Shown here one piece after another: positions 19,726 through 29,472 of a DNA stretch of 64,000 bases. Within the stretch, counting starts at the first letter, position 1; each line of letters begins with the position of its first letter. The position numbers were made by a program, and so were the translations under genes. This stretch comes from Negativicutes bacterium (GTDB lineage: Bacteria; Bacillota; Negativicutes; UBA1444): NCBI GenBank assembly GCA_963665275.2, contig CAXXIN010000012.1:64001-128000 (forward strand). Reading direction: 5' to 3'. Below the pieces are notes generated by a model. That model made no database searches, was not told the DNA's origin, and saw only the letters and a list, made by a program, of their open reading frames with translations.

Positions 19726-21030
19726 TTACTCCAGCTTGAAATCTTCCTGCGGCACTTTCCCCAATTCCAGAAATATCGCCGCATATCCGGCAATCGCTTT
19801 TCCCATGTAATCAGTGCGGACTTTATCAATCGGCCGATGGCAGTAAAACTCCTGCATGGGAGAATAACCGATAGCCGGTTTCTGGTCGCGCCCGCAGATA
19901 ACGGAAAGGTCAGTGCCGAAATCCCAGTAGCCGTATTTGACCGGCTGGTCGACCTGAGTCAGGCCCGACGCTGCCGCCTTGACGAAGGGATGGGACGAGT
20001 CAATCTTCCAGGGCTGCTTCACGTTCGGGATCGTGGCCGATTGGCCGGTATAGGAAGTCCGGGGCACGGCCGCGATCTCCACCTTCGCCCGGAAATCTTT
20101 ATCGCTGGCCGCCAATTCGTCAATAACGCTCTGGATTTGTTTCACGCAATCCTCAGCCGATTCACCCGGAACCATCCGCCGATCATAAGTGATATGGCAA
20201 CGGTCCGGCACGATGCACATCGCCCCCGGCGTACAGCTGATGATCGTCAGGGCGATGCTCGATTTGCCGAGCTGCGGATCCTCAAGCGCGTTCGCCGCCA
20301 CGACCTGTTCCACCCGGTCAATGAAGGCTGTCGCTTTGTTCACTGCATTGACGCCGAGCCACGGCGCGCTGCCGTGCGAGGTCACGCCTTCGATCGTCAC
20401 CAGCAGTTCGACCCGCCCCCGATGCCCCAGATAGAGTTTGAGCGAAGTCGCTTCGCAGGAAACAACGCCGTCATAGTCCAGCCCCCGGCCTGGCAAAGTT
20501 TCATCAATCAGTTTGATCATGCCGAGCTGTTCGGCTGGTTCTTCCAATACGACGCCCGTAAACATGTAATTGCCGTAGAGATCCTGACCCTGCTCCCGCA
20601 GCTTCAGCAGCAAGGCTCCAGCGTAAACCTGACAGGCTCCGCCGCCTTTCACATCGGAGGCGGCCCGGCCATGAATGACTTCAACCTGCTCCGTCCCGGT
20701 GCGGTCCTGATTCTCCATCTCATCGATATCGAGGGCTGCGCCGTAGGGGTCATAACCCAACCATTCGGAGTGATCGCCTGGCGCCACATGATCCAGATGG
20801 GCATTGTACATGATCGTCGGGCCCGGTTGGTTCCCCCGGACAATCCCCACGACACTGCCCCATTCATCCCGGAACACTTCGTCATAGCCAAGCTTCTCCA
20901 TCTCGGCCAGATACAGATCCGCTACGCCCTTTTCCTCACCCGGCAACGCCGGTACCCTGATCAGCCGGCGACAAAACTCCACTGCCGCCGGTTTCAGCTC
21001 GGCGGCAAGTTTATTCAACTCACTCGACAT
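19726..21030 (-). CDS. Second YgeY-like M20 amidohydrolase
   Basis: AHLDHV, HGRAASDVKGG, VLEEPAE, GHRGR, HGSAPWLG, WDFGTD; clear paralog of 12035-13255. Confidence 0.85.
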   Translation of the reverse strand: MSSELNKLAAELKPAAVEFCRRLIRVPALPGEEKGVADLYLAEMEKLGYDEVFRDEWGSVVGIVRGNQPGPTIMYNAHLDHVAPGDHSEWLGYDPYGAALDIDEMENQDRTGTEQVEVIHGRAASDVKGGGACQVYAGALLLKLREQGQDLYGNYMFTGVVLEEPAEQLGMIKLIDETLPGRGLDYDGVVSCEATSLKLYLGHRGRVELLVTIEGVTSHGSAPWLGVNAVNKATAFIDRVEQVVAANALEDPQLGKSSIALTIISCTPGAMCIVPDRCHITYDRRMVPGESAEDCVKQIQSVIDELAASDKDFRAKVEIAAVPRTSYTGQSATIPNVKQPWKIDSSHPFVKAAASGLTQVDQPVKYGYWDFGTDLSVICGRDQKPAIGYSPMQEFYCHRPIDKVRTDYMGKAIAGYAAIFLELGKVPQEDFKLE

Positions 21031-21043
21031 GGTTATCCCTCCG

Positions 21044-21238
21044 TTACTTGGTCGGCGGTTTCAGTGAAAATACCGATGCGGGCGCCAGCTCCGCCGGAAA
21101 CTCTTGCGCCGCCGCGCGCACCGCCGCCAATAATCCCGCCACTTCTTTCGCATATTGGGGAAGGTGTGCGTCAATCGCAGGGTTCACCGTTCGACCGGAT
21201 AGCTCGACTGTCATGCTGCGCAGTGTACTTACTTCCAC
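21044..21238 (-). CDS. Small protein (~64 aa), possible amidase accessory subunit (GatC/AtzG-like)
   Basis: GTG start overlapping the amidase 3' end after GAGAGGA; helical, ends ELAPASVFSL; fills the operon gap. Confidence 0.5.
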   Translation of the reverse strand: MEVSTLRSMTVELSGRTVNPAIDAHLPQYAKEVAGLLAAVRAAAQEFPAELAPASVFSLKPPTK

Positions 21239-22653
21239 AATCCACACTTCCTCTCGCTGATTTCCGGGTGCGCCTGTTCATAGGCATAAGCCACTTGAAA
21301 CACTTGATTTTCCGCAAACGGTTTCCCCTGAATCTGAAACCCGATCGGCAAGTCCCCGGCAGCAAATCCGCACGGCAGCGACAGCACCGGGTGCCCGTTG
21401 AAATCGCCAAGGGAGGTCAAAAACATCAGTACCGCATTCACACGGGGATCTACCGCGTCGTTGCCGAACATCACCGTTTTTTCACCGATGGGGAAAGCCG
21501 GCATAATGACGGTGGGCGACAAGAACACATCAATCTCCTGATAAACCTCCGCCCAGATCTGTCGGTCCTTGTTGCGCAGCCGTTGCGCGTTGACATAAGC
21601 CGACGCTGGCAGGTACTGGCCCTTCTCGAGTCGATATCGGATACTGGGGCCGTATTTCTCGCCGCAGTTCTCCAAATTCTGTTCGTGGTAAGCATAGGCT
21701 TCCGCCATCGTGAGAACGCTGCCGATATTGAACGCATCCCTGTTTGGATAAGACAGTTCCTTCAAAACAGCGCCATTAGCCTCGAACCATTGGAGTACCT
21801 GTAAAAAAGCCTGCTCGACTTCCGGTTGCAGCAAACCCTCATAATAACGCGGGCAAATTCCAACTCGCAGACCTTTGACGCCGGGATTATTTTGATCCAG
21901 CCCAACCGTATAATCCTGGGCGGCTACATTAGCAGATCCCGCATCGATTTCATCATAGCCAGCCATGACATTCAGTACGGCAGCGGCATCCCATACGGAC
22001 TGCGCCAGCGGTCCGGCGTGGTCCATCGACCAGCTCAGGGGAATGATCCCCCGCTTGCTCACCCGGCCATACGTCGGTTTGATGCCGACCACGCCGCAGA
22101 AGGAAGCAGGAATCCTTATCGACCCGCCGGTATCCGTTCCCAGCGAAAAAACCGAACTGGCGGCAGCCACCGATGCCGCCGATCCCCCGCTGGAGCCGCC
22201 GGTTACCATGCGGGAATCCCACGGGTTGCGACAGGGACCGAAGTGGTCATTCTCACTGGTCGTGCCATAGGCGAATTCATGCAGGTTGTTTTTGCCGACC
22301 AGAATGGCCCCGGCTTCTTCCATCCCTTCAATCACGGCAGCATTCGAATCCGGTATGTTGTCGGCCAGAATCGCCGATCCCGCCGTTGTCCGCACGCCCC
22401 GAGTCATATACAGATCTTTGGCTGAGTACGGGATTCCATGTAGCGGGCCGCGGTAACGCCCCTGCAGGATTTCTTTTTCCGCCTGCGCCGCTTTTTGCAG
22501 CGCCGGCTCAGCTGTCACCGTAATATAAGCGTTAAGTACGGGTTCAGTTGCTTCGATGCGTTGCAGACATTCCCGGGTCAGCTCCACCGGCGATATTGTT
22601 TTTGCTTGCAGCAGCGGCGCCAATTCCCGGATAGATTTTTGCATTAGCGACAT
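21229..22653 (-). CDS. Amidase signature family enzyme (GatA/AtzE-like)
   Basis: GPLHGIPYSAKD, TGGSSGGSAA, GTDTGGSIRIPAS (Ser-cisSer-Lys triad). Confidence 0.92.
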   Translation of the reverse strand: MSLMQKSIRELAPLLQAKTISPVELTRECLQRIEATEPVLNAYITVTAEPALQKAAQAEKEILQGRYRGPLHGIPYSAKDLYMTRGVRTTAGSAILADNIPDSNAAVIEGMEEAGAILVGKNNLHEFAYGTTSENDHFGPCRNPWDSRMVTGGSSGGSAASVAAASSVFSLGTDTGGSIRIPASFCGVVGIKPTYGRVSKRGIIPLSWSMDHAGPLAQSVWDAAAVLNVMAGYDEIDAGSANVAAQDYTVGLDQNNPGVKGLRVGICPRYYEGLLQPEVEQAFLQVLQWFEANGAVLKELSYPNRDAFNIGSVLTMAEAYAYHEQNLENCGEKYGPSIRYRLEKGQYLPASAYVNAQRLRNKDRQIWAEVYQEIDVFLSPTVIMPAFPIGEKTVMFGNDAVDPRVNAVLMFLTSLGDFNGHPVLSLPCGFAAGDLPIGFQIQGKPFAENQVFQVAYAYEQAHPEISERKCGLWK

Positions 22654-22693
22654 GTCATCGGCTCCTTCCACGGTATTGATCCATTCGACTTAA

Positions 22694-23389
22694 TTATACC
22701 GTAAGATACCGATGAATGACTTCATCCGACAATTCTTCCGTTGCTCCGCAAGCAACAATTTCGCCTTTTTGTATCACAATGAAGCGATCCGCCAGTTTCT
22801 TGGCAAACTTCAGATTTTGTTCCACGATCACGATCGGAATCTGCATCGCCTTGTGGATGCGTTTCAAAATATTGCCGATCTCCGCCACCACATTCGGTTG
22901 AATTCCTTCGGTCGGTTCATCCAAAAGCAATGTTTTCGGATGGCTCATCAGCGCGCGGGCGATGGCCAGCTGTTGCTGCTGCCCGCCGGAGAGCACGCCG
23001 CCCTTGCGGTGCAGATGTTCAGGCAGGATCGGAAAATAGTCGAATACTTCCTCCATCCGTTCTTTGACCTCGCTCGTGTGCGCCAGGGCGCCAAGTTCCA
23101 GATTTTCTTTGACAGTCAGATTGGGAATGATCTCTCGTCCCTGCGGCACATAGGCAATCCCGCTGCAGGCCCGTTCGTAGGCTTTCATCTTCGTCAGGTT
23201 GACACTGCCGAGACTGATAGACCCCGTCTGCATCGGCAACAGTCCAATCATGCTTTTGAGCAGAGTCGTCTTGCCAACGCCATTGCGGCCGAGAATCGCC
23301 AGTTTCTCCGTGGAATCGACAGCGAAAGAGACTTTGTTCACGATACGGCTTTTGCCGTAACTGACCGAAACCGCGTTCACTTCCAGCAT
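22694..23389 (-). CDS. urtE: Urea/amide ABC transporter ATPase UrtE
   Basis: GRNGVGKT, LSGGQQQQ, LLLDEPTEGIQP. Confidence 0.88.
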   Translation of the reverse strand: MLEVNAVSVSYGKSRIVNKVSFAVDSTEKLAILGRNGVGKTTLLKSMIGLLPMQTGSISLGSVNLTKMKAYERACSGIAYVPQGREIIPNLTVKENLELGALAHTSEVKERMEEVFDYFPILPEHLHRKGGVLSGGQQQQLAIARALMSHPKTLLLDEPTEGIQPNVVAEIGNILKRIHKAMQIPIVIVEQNLKFAKKLADRFIVIQKGEIVACGATEELSDEVIHRYLTV

Positions 23390-23390
23390 A

Positions 23391-24143
23391 TTAAGCCACT
23401 TCCTCGTCATCATCTTTCAGATACACTTGCACCACTTTGGGGTTGCGCTTGACCTCGGCAAAGGTTCCCTCCGCCAATACTTTTCCCTGATGCAGCACGG
23501 TCACGGTTTCCGCGATCTGCTCGACAAAATCGATATCATGTTCCACCACGATGACGGTCTTGTCCTTCATCATAGTCTTGATCATTTCGCCGGTTTTATA
23601 GGTTTCATCAGCGGTCATTCCTGCTGTGGGCTCGTCCAGTGTGATCAGTTGGGGCTTCTGGGCAATGACCATGCCCATCTCGAGCCACTGTCGCTCGCCG
23701 TGTGACAGGGAGGTGGAAATCACATCCCGTTTGCCGTATAAATTGATCTGTTCCAGAATTGTTTTGATTTCATCGGCAATCGATTTGTTCTTGCGGTAGA
23801 GAAAGGTCTTCAGGACACTACTGTGCCCTGCCAGCGCCACTTCAACGTTTTCATACACACTGAGAAAATCAAACAGATTGGGCCCCTGAAATTTGCGTCC
23901 CACTTTATATTTCCCGGCAATTTCATGCGGGCTGCAACCAGTGATATCCGCTCCGCCGAGAAATACTTTACCGCTCGTCGGTGCTGTTTTGCCTGTGATC
24001 ATATCGATAATGGTAGTTTTTCCTGCGCCGTTTGGCCCAATGACTACCCGGGTTTCGCCTTTTTCCACTGATAGGGAAACCCGATCCACCGCCAGAAATC
24101 CGCTGAAACTCACGCTCACATCCCGCAATTCCAAGAAAGCCAT
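23391..24143 (-). CDS. urtD: Urea/amide ABC transporter ATPase UrtD
   Basis: GPNGAGKT, GRKFQ, LSHGERQWLEMGM, VEHD. Confidence 0.88.
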   Translation of the reverse strand: MAFLELRDVSVSFSGFLAVDRVSLSVEKGETRVVIGPNGAGKTTIIDMITGKTAPTSGKVFLGGADITGCSPHEIAGKYKVGRKFQGPNLFDFLSVYENVEVALAGHSSVLKTFLYRKNKSIADEIKTILEQINLYGKRDVISTSLSHGERQWLEMGMVIAQKPQLITLDEPTAGMTADETYKTGEMIKTMMKDKTVIVVEHDIDFVEQIAETVTVLHQGKVLAEGTFAEVKRNPKVVQVYLKDDDEEVA

Positions 24144-24146
24144 TCC

Positions 24147-25259
24147 TTACACCTTTCCCTTCGCCGTGGCAAAATCGCTTTCCCGCAATCCCACAGAATC
24201 GTCGGTTTGAACCAGTCCCATTTGCCGGTCAATCTTCCGGTTATACTGCCAATCCAGTAAGGTTCCGACCAGCCCTTTGGGGAAGAACATCACGACCGCC
24301 AGCATCGCGGCGCCGAGCAACAACAGCCAGACATTTTCAAATTGCTCGGACAACAGGCTTTCCATCCAGGTGATCAGAAAGGCGCCGACCATGGCGCCGG
24401 TCAGATTGCCCCGGCCGCCAACCGCCAGCCACACCAGTACCGACGTGGAAAAAGCCACGCCGATGTTGCCGGGGGAAATGAAGGAATGGATCGGAATGTA
24501 TAACATGCCGGATAAGCCGGCGATCATGCCCGAAATCACAAAAATCGTCAATTTGAATGCCGCCGGATTGAATCCGAGAAACTGTAGCCGGCTCTCATTA
24601 TCGCGCACCGAACGCAGAATCATGCCGAACCGGCTGTGCGTCAACCAGCGGCAGAAGAGATACACCAACACTCCGACAGCCAGCATCAGATAATAGTGCG
24701 CGGTGATCGACAACGGCTCCGAACCCAGGGTGATCGGCGGCAGTCCGCTGATCCCGTTCGCGCCGCCGGTATATTTCTGCTGATTGTTAAAGAACATTTC
24801 GATCAAAGAGGCCAGGGACAGGGTGATGATGTTAAAGAACACCCCCTTGACCTTGCTGGTGAAAATGAAATAACCGAGCAGGCCTGCCACTACGCCAGGA
24901 ACGACCATTCCCAGCAACACCGCCAACGGGGTGTTTTGCAGTATCTGCATGAACCAGGGAACTTCCGTCACGCCAAATCCGGCCATGAACGCAGGCACTC
25001 CGTCGCGGGCGGCATAAGACAATGCCAGCACATATCCGCCCAAGCCGAAGAACATCGCCTGCCCCAGATTCATCAAGCCCGCACTGCCCCAGAGAATATC
25101 GAGAGACAAAGCAAAGATGATGTACACGATGCATTTGCTCATCATCTCCACCCGGAACAGCGACCCGACCAGTGGAAACCCGATCAGAAAGGCAAACAAC
25201 AGCACGTCGATATATTTGTCCCAGCCAATATTTTTCATTTCCTTCATCATGACGCTCAC
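24147..25259 (-). CDS. urtC: Urea/amide ABC transporter permease UrtC
   Basis: LDILWGSAGLMNLGQAMFFGLGGY, VRDNESR, VWLAVGGRG. Confidence 0.85.
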   Translation of the reverse strand: MSVMMKEMKNIGWDKYIDVLLFAFLIGFPLVGSLFRVEMMSKCIVYIIFALSLDILWGSAGLMNLGQAMFFGLGGYVLALSYAARDGVPAFMAGFGVTEVPWFMQILQNTPLAVLLGMVVPGVVAGLLGYFIFTSKVKGVFFNIITLSLASLIEMFFNNQQKYTGGANGISGLPPITLGSEPLSITAHYYLMLAVGVLVYLFCRWLTHSRFGMILRSVRDNESRLQFLGFNPAAFKLTIFVISGMIAGLSGMLYIPIHSFISPGNIGVAFSTSVLVWLAVGGRGNLTGAMVGAFLITWMESLLSEQFENVWLLLLGAAMLAVVMFFPKGLVGTLLDWQYNRKIDRQMGLVQTDDSVGLRESDFATAKGKV

Positions 25260-26116
25260 CTCTTCTCGCTTGTAAACAAGCCTTCCGGCTTGAACCGGAT
25301 CAGTACGATGATAATGAGGAACACCAGGACTTTGGCCGTGATCTCACTGATGTAACCGGCCATCACCGTGACGGATTCGCTGATAACCACCGAGCTGGCG
25401 GCCGTGCCGGCGATGGAGGCGAAGCCTCCCAGCACAACGGTCAGAAATCCATCCACAATGTAATAGGAACCCATCGAAGGCATGACGCTCTTTACCGGCG
25501 CGATCAGCGCTCCCGCCAGGCCCGCCAGGCCGGAACCGCAGGCGAAAGTCAGGGTATCAATCCGTGCGGTATTCACGCCCAGGCATTGCGCCATGCTGCG
25601 ATTCTTCGTCACTGCCCGCAGCTGCATGCCAAAACCAGTCTTGTAAAAGAGCGCCAGCGTGGCCGCGAGGATTCCCAACGCAACCATGATCAGAAAAATG
25701 TTGTAGTGCGGTATCACGATGCCTTGCAATGAAAAATGCCCTTCCATCGGCAGACCAACGAACTTGTCTTCAGGACCGAAGGCCATACGCACCAATTGCT
25801 GCAAAATGATGGAAAGGGCAAAGGTCGCCAGCAGCGTTTCCGCAACTTTTCCATACAAACGCTTGATTAACGTCACTTCAATCACAATACCCATCAGAGC
25901 AGTGACCAGAAACGCCAGCAGCATCGACACAGCAAACGGCAAGTGAAAAACGGTGGTCGCGAAATAGGTAACATACGCACCAATCATGATGAACTCTCCG
26001 TGCGCCATATTGACTACATCCATCAAGCCGAAAATGATCACCAAACCCAATGCCGTGATGAACAACATGGCCGATACGCTCAGTCCGTTGATGCTCTGTG
26101 AAAGGAGAAGTTCCAT
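25256..26116 (-). CDS. urtB: Urea/amide ABC transporter permease UrtB
   Basis: GLVIIFGLMDVVNMAHGEFIMIGAY. Confidence 0.85.
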   Translation of the reverse strand: MELLLSQSINGLSVSAMLFITALGLVIIFGLMDVVNMAHGEFIMIGAYVTYFATTVFHLPFAVSMLLAFLVTALMGIVIEVTLIKRLYGKVAETLLATFALSIILQQLVRMAFGPEDKFVGLPMEGHFSLQGIVIPHYNIFLIMVALGILAATLALFYKTGFGMQLRAVTKNRSMAQCLGVNTARIDTLTFACGSGLAGLAGALIAPVKSVMPSMGSYYIVDGFLTVVLGGFASIAGTAASSVVISESVTVMAGYISEITAKVLVFLIIIVLIRFKPEGLFTSEKR

Positions 26117-26164
26117 GCACCGATCACTCCCCTACCCTTGATTCATTGTGGCTAAAAGCATTAA

Positions 26165-26205
26165 TGCGCCTGCCAAAAGCTATCATTAAACTTTTGGCAA
26201 GCGCA
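26165..26205. other. Intergenic stem-loop between urtA and urtB (mRNA stabiliser or partial terminator)
   Basis: TGCGCCTGCCAAAAG...CTTTTGGCAAGCGCA inverted repeat. Confidence 0.6.
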
Positions 26206-26264
26206 CTTCGTCGTGTCAGATTATCCTATTCGTTTGTAAAAAACCGCTAATTGATTCGAAGAGC

Positions 26265-27461
26265 TTACAGTTCCGGTTTCACCCATTCTTTGGAGCTGTA
26301 TACGATTTCAAACGTTCCGTCGGGTTTGACCTTGCCGATACGGGACTGTAGCCAAGTATGGTTATTGGTCGGATCAACCTTGATTTTCCCTTGCGGCGAT
26401 TCGATTTCCAACCCCTTGAAAGCGCTGAGCAGAGTCGGTCCGTCATAGGCAGTCGCTTTTTCCAATGCTTTGGCCAGCAAATAGACACCATGGTAAGCGC
26501 CTTCAGCCAGATTGGTTACGGTGGTGTTGTCCTGGAATTTACTGTTGTAAGCAGCGACGAACTTCTTACTCGCAGCGGTTTCATCTACCTGGAAGTAATC
26601 GAAAGAGCTGTAGTGTCCGGCTGCGGCTGCCGCGCCGATCCCCTTGACCGTCGCTTCATGGGTCGCGATCGAGCAGATTGGGATATCTTTGGCGGAAAGT
26701 CCGTACTGTTGATATTGTTTGTAGAAAGGAACCACGCTGTCACCGGCGACCGCCGAGAAGATCACATCCGGTTTAGCCTGCTTGATTTTATTGATCAGGG
26801 AGGAGAACTCCGTATGACCCAGCGGTACGAATTCTTCGCCGACGATTTCACCACCGGCTTTCTCCAGCATCGCTTTGGCCTTCTTGACGCTCGTTACGCC
26901 AAACACATAGTCTGAACCGACGAAGAAGACTTTCTTGCCGAGGTTCTTCACGATCCAGGGGATGAAATCAGCGCTCTGCTGGCTGGGAACCGAGTTGGTA
27001 TAGATGACATTGGGGGAAGGTTTTTCACCTTCATAATAAGTATTGTAGACCAACACCGACTTGTTGCGCTCCACATCCGGGATAACGGCCAGGCGGGAGG
27101 CGGAAGAATTGGTGCCGACGGTGGCGACGACTTTGTCCTGCAGAATCAGCTTTTTGATTTTCTCTGTGGCCTTCGCCGGATCAGAAGCGTAATCTTCATA
27201 AACAGGAATCAGTTTTTTGCCTTTGATTCCGCCAGCGGCGTTGATCTCATCGATCGCCATTTTCGCGGCGTTAAGCATCGGCTTTTCCGAAATAGAGAAA
27301 GGCCCGGTGGTCGAGTAAAGCACGCCGATTTTGATTCCATCAGCCGCAGCGGCGTCTGTCCCGCCTTTGGCCGGGGTCGTTTCCGACTTGCCGCAGCCGG
27401 CGAGCACCGTTATTGCCATTGCCGCCACCAAAAGTAATATCAGCCATTTCTTTGTCGCCAT
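26265..27461 (-). CDS. urtA: Urea/short-amide ABC substrate-binding lipoprotein (UrtA/FmdD/AmiC family)
   Basis: Lipobox LAGC; IKIGVLYSTTG, EINAAGG, SASRLAV, YEG, GSDYVF. Confidence 0.85.
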   Translation of the reverse strand: MATKKWLILLLVAAMAITVLAGCGKSETTPAKGGTDAAAADGIKIGVLYSTTGPFSISEKPMLNAAKMAIDEINAAGGIKGKKLIPVYEDYASDPAKATEKIKKLILQDKVVATVGTNSSASRLAVIPDVERNKSVLVYNTYYEGEKPSPNVIYTNSVPSQQSADFIPWIVKNLGKKVFFVGSDYVFGVTSVKKAKAMLEKAGGEIVGEEFVPLGHTEFSSLINKIKQAKPDVIFSAVAGDSVVPFYKQYQQYGLSAKDIPICSIATHEATVKGIGAAAAAGHYSSFDYFQVDETAASKKFVAAYNSKFQDNTTVTNLAEGAYHGVYLLAKALEKATAYDGPTLLSAFKGLEIESPQGKIKVDPTNNHTWLQSRIGKVKPDGTFEIVYSSKEWVKPEL

Positions 27462-27492
27462 CGATTCTTCCTCCTAACGCTATTGCACCTTT

Positions 27493-27538
27493 AAAAACAA
27501 AACAGACTTTGTTCCTGCGAACAAAGCCTCATTGCTTT
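27493..27538 (-). promoter_or_regulatory. ANTAR-type RNA hairpin overlapping a leader terminator upstream of urtA
   Basis: Minus strand AAAGC-AATGAG-GCTTT overlapping GGCTTTGTTC-gcag-GAACAAAGTC-TGTTTTGTTTTT. Confidence 0.65.
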
Positions 27539-27581
27539 TACCTGTGTCCATTATATCGGGGCGATTGCCCTGTTGAGATAG

Positions 27582-27610
27582 ATTATAGCATCGTAAAATT
27601 TCAAACACAA
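27582..27610 (-). promoter_or_regulatory. SigA promoter of the urt operon
   Basis: Minus strand TTGTGT-N17-TATAAT with extended TG. Confidence 0.6.
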
Positions 27611-27705
27611 TAGATGCAGCAAACAAACAACCCTGTGCGGACGCACAATCGATCATAAAACAGATACTATCCGAAAGTATACTATTTATCTTTTCCCAGC
27701 CAGTT

Positions 27706-27789
27706 TCAGACTCCCGCAATATGGTCATTAATTCCACAAATTTCATCCACAACGATGATTGCCGTATCGGAGTTGTTTTGAATTCGCAT
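27706..27789 (-). pseudogene. N-terminal remnant of a dienelactone hydrolase-like gene
   Basis: MRIQNNSDTAIIVVDEICGINDHIAGV* resembles the DLH IVxHEIyGiN motif; TGATG coupling to the upstream gene. Confidence 0.5.
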
Positions 27790-28381
27790 CATGGGTGATT
27801 GCTCCTTGCTTCCTCGACGGCCATCATCAGAAAGCCGCCAAAAGCAGCATTATCAACGCGTAGCAGTTCATTTACTTCCTGTTTCATCAGCATGATCTGC
27901 TCACGGCATGCCTGCTAAAATGCGCGATGATTCCATTCACGGTTGTCGGCTTGATGAATGCCTCGATACTGGGCCGGTAATAGATCGGGTAACCCGTCAA
28001 CAGCGGCCATTTCGCAACTTTATATTCCTGCAGCAGGCCCGTCGTCAACCCAAACCCCTTTGCCTGGTCTCCATGCAGAAATCCTTTCAGCCCGTAGGCC
28101 AAGTGTTCTTTTTCATCGGCACTCATGGAATGCACCGCATCACGAAATTTTGGCTTTTCAAAAATCGAGACTAAAGATGACTGGCTGACAATTTTGATCA
28201 TAGATTCGGCAATGGAGGTAGCACTGTGGAATTGTTCCGGCGCGAAGCTTTCCTGCGCCATTTTTATCATCTTCGGCACCTTGTGCTTCTTCACGATTTC
28301 AAGCATGTCCGGGTGGGAAAACCCGCCTGGATACTGAGCCAGAAAGCGACCTTCGGCTTCTCTAAGTTTCGTGCTGTTCAT
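27789..28381 (-). pseudogene. Hypothetical protein gene with internal frameshift/deletion
   Basis: The ORF stops early at 27887; a plausible C-terminus (REQIMLMKQEVNELLRVDNAAFGGFLMMAVEE) continues in another frame to 27789. Confidence 0.55.
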
Positions 28382-28450
28382 TCTTTCATCTTCCCATCAA
28401 TGATGCCACTGTCAGCGTTTACTTTCTCTCCTGTTAGCTTTGTCGCAAGG

Positions 28451-28924
28451 TTATTCTGACGAATCGACAGACTCTGCGATCAGTTCTTCTTCACGCTCAT
28501 TCAACGATGAATATATTTTGAACCGTTGTTTAGTCTGTCGATGCGTGGCGTATCCGATAAAGACAGAGTCGTTGCCATCGTCTTTGCGACTACTCTTTTT
28601 TAGGCTGCCAATGTTGGACAGCTTAAGAATAGTCTTATTGAGTTGTTGAATCCGCTCCTCAAGTCGCTTGGCTGCAGATTCCAGCGTGAAACCTTGATCC
28701 AAAAAGTCTTTCAGTAATACAATTTTCTCGATAGTTGGGTAGTCGTATCTCCGATTGGTGCTGTCGTTGTCGCCTATCGCGCGGATGATCCCTTTTGTTT
28801 CCCAGTACCGAAGCTGCCTAGCCGATACGCCGGTGATTTCGGAAGTTTCACCAATCCCGACAATGATTCGTGACAGGATCGGTGAATCAAGTATCGTTGA
28901 AAGTGATGTTGATTTTTTTGCCAC
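28451..28924 (-). CDS. MerR family (GlnR/TnrA-like HTH) transcriptional regulator
   Basis: GIGETSEITGVSARQLRYWETKGII...RRY. Confidence 0.88.
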   Translation of the reverse strand: MAKKSTSLSTILDSPILSRIIVGIGETSEITGVSARQLRYWETKGIIRAIGDNDSTNRRYDYPTIEKIVLLKDFLDQGFTLESAAKRLEERIQQLNKTILKLSNIGSLKKSSRKDDGNDSVFIGYATHRQTKQRFKIYSSLNEREEELIAESVDSSE

Positions 28925-28963
28925 AATATCAGTCCTTTACGCAGTTTTGCTTATTATAATATA

Positions 28964-29024
28964 TGTTAGAATGTTTTTCAACCTTGTAAGATATATTGAC
29001 ATTAATGTAAGATTCGATTACACT
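28964..29024. promoter_or_regulatory. Three tandem TGTNA-N7-TNACA boxes overlapping the TTGACA-N17-TACACT promoter
   Basis: TGTTAgaatgttTTTCA (28964), TGTAAgatatatTGACA (28985), TGTAAgattcgaTTACA (29006); 21-bp period. Confidence 0.65.
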
Positions 29025-29055
29025 AAAAATAGTTCTATTTAGGGAGGCGATTGGC

Positions 29056-29472
29056 TTGGATATTCGATTTAAAAAGGGATGGGACAAACTCCGGGAAATT
29101 GATGGCGAAGCAGGAGAAGCTGTGGTGCAATCACTACACGACATTGCTCCGGATTTGGGGAAGTATATCATTGAGTTCGCGTTCGGCGACATTTACTCAC
29201 GACCCGGGTTGAATTTGCAGCACAGACAATTGGTAACGATTGCGTCTTTGACTACACAGGGCAACTGTGAACCGCAACTTGAGGTTCATATCAATGCAGC
29301 GTTAAATGTAGGCTTGTCGCCCAATCAAATTATTGAAGCGATCCTGCACTGTAGCCCGTACATCGGATTCCCACGTGTAATAAATGCCGTAAAAGTGGGA
29401 CAAAAAGTTTTTGACAAAAGAGAAGTACAGCCTGTTTGGGAGGAGGGAGCGGACAATGCGTCTTCGGACTAG
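29056..29472 (+). CDS. Carboxymuconolactone decarboxylase family protein
   Basis: FAFGDIYSRPGL, RQLVTIASL, HINAALNVG, PYIGFP. Confidence 0.9.
   Translation: MDIRFKKGWDKLREIDGEAGEAVVQSLHDIAPDLGKYIIEFAFGDIYSRPGLNLQHRQLVTIASLTTQGNCEPQLEVHINAALNVGLSPNQIIEAILHCSPYIGFPRVINAVKVGQKVFDKREVQPVWEEGADNASSD

Noticed and set aside
19675-21804. 709-aa plus-strand ORF
   Set aside because: Antisense shadow of the YgeY-like, small ORF and amidase genes; no recognisable motifs.
21229-22653. Calling the amidase gatA
   Set aside because: No gatB adjacent, and the context is an amide/urea uptake operon.
27480-27752. 90-aa minus-strand ORF
   Set aside because: It overlaps the urt promoter, leader terminator and pseudogene stub, and has no protein-like features.
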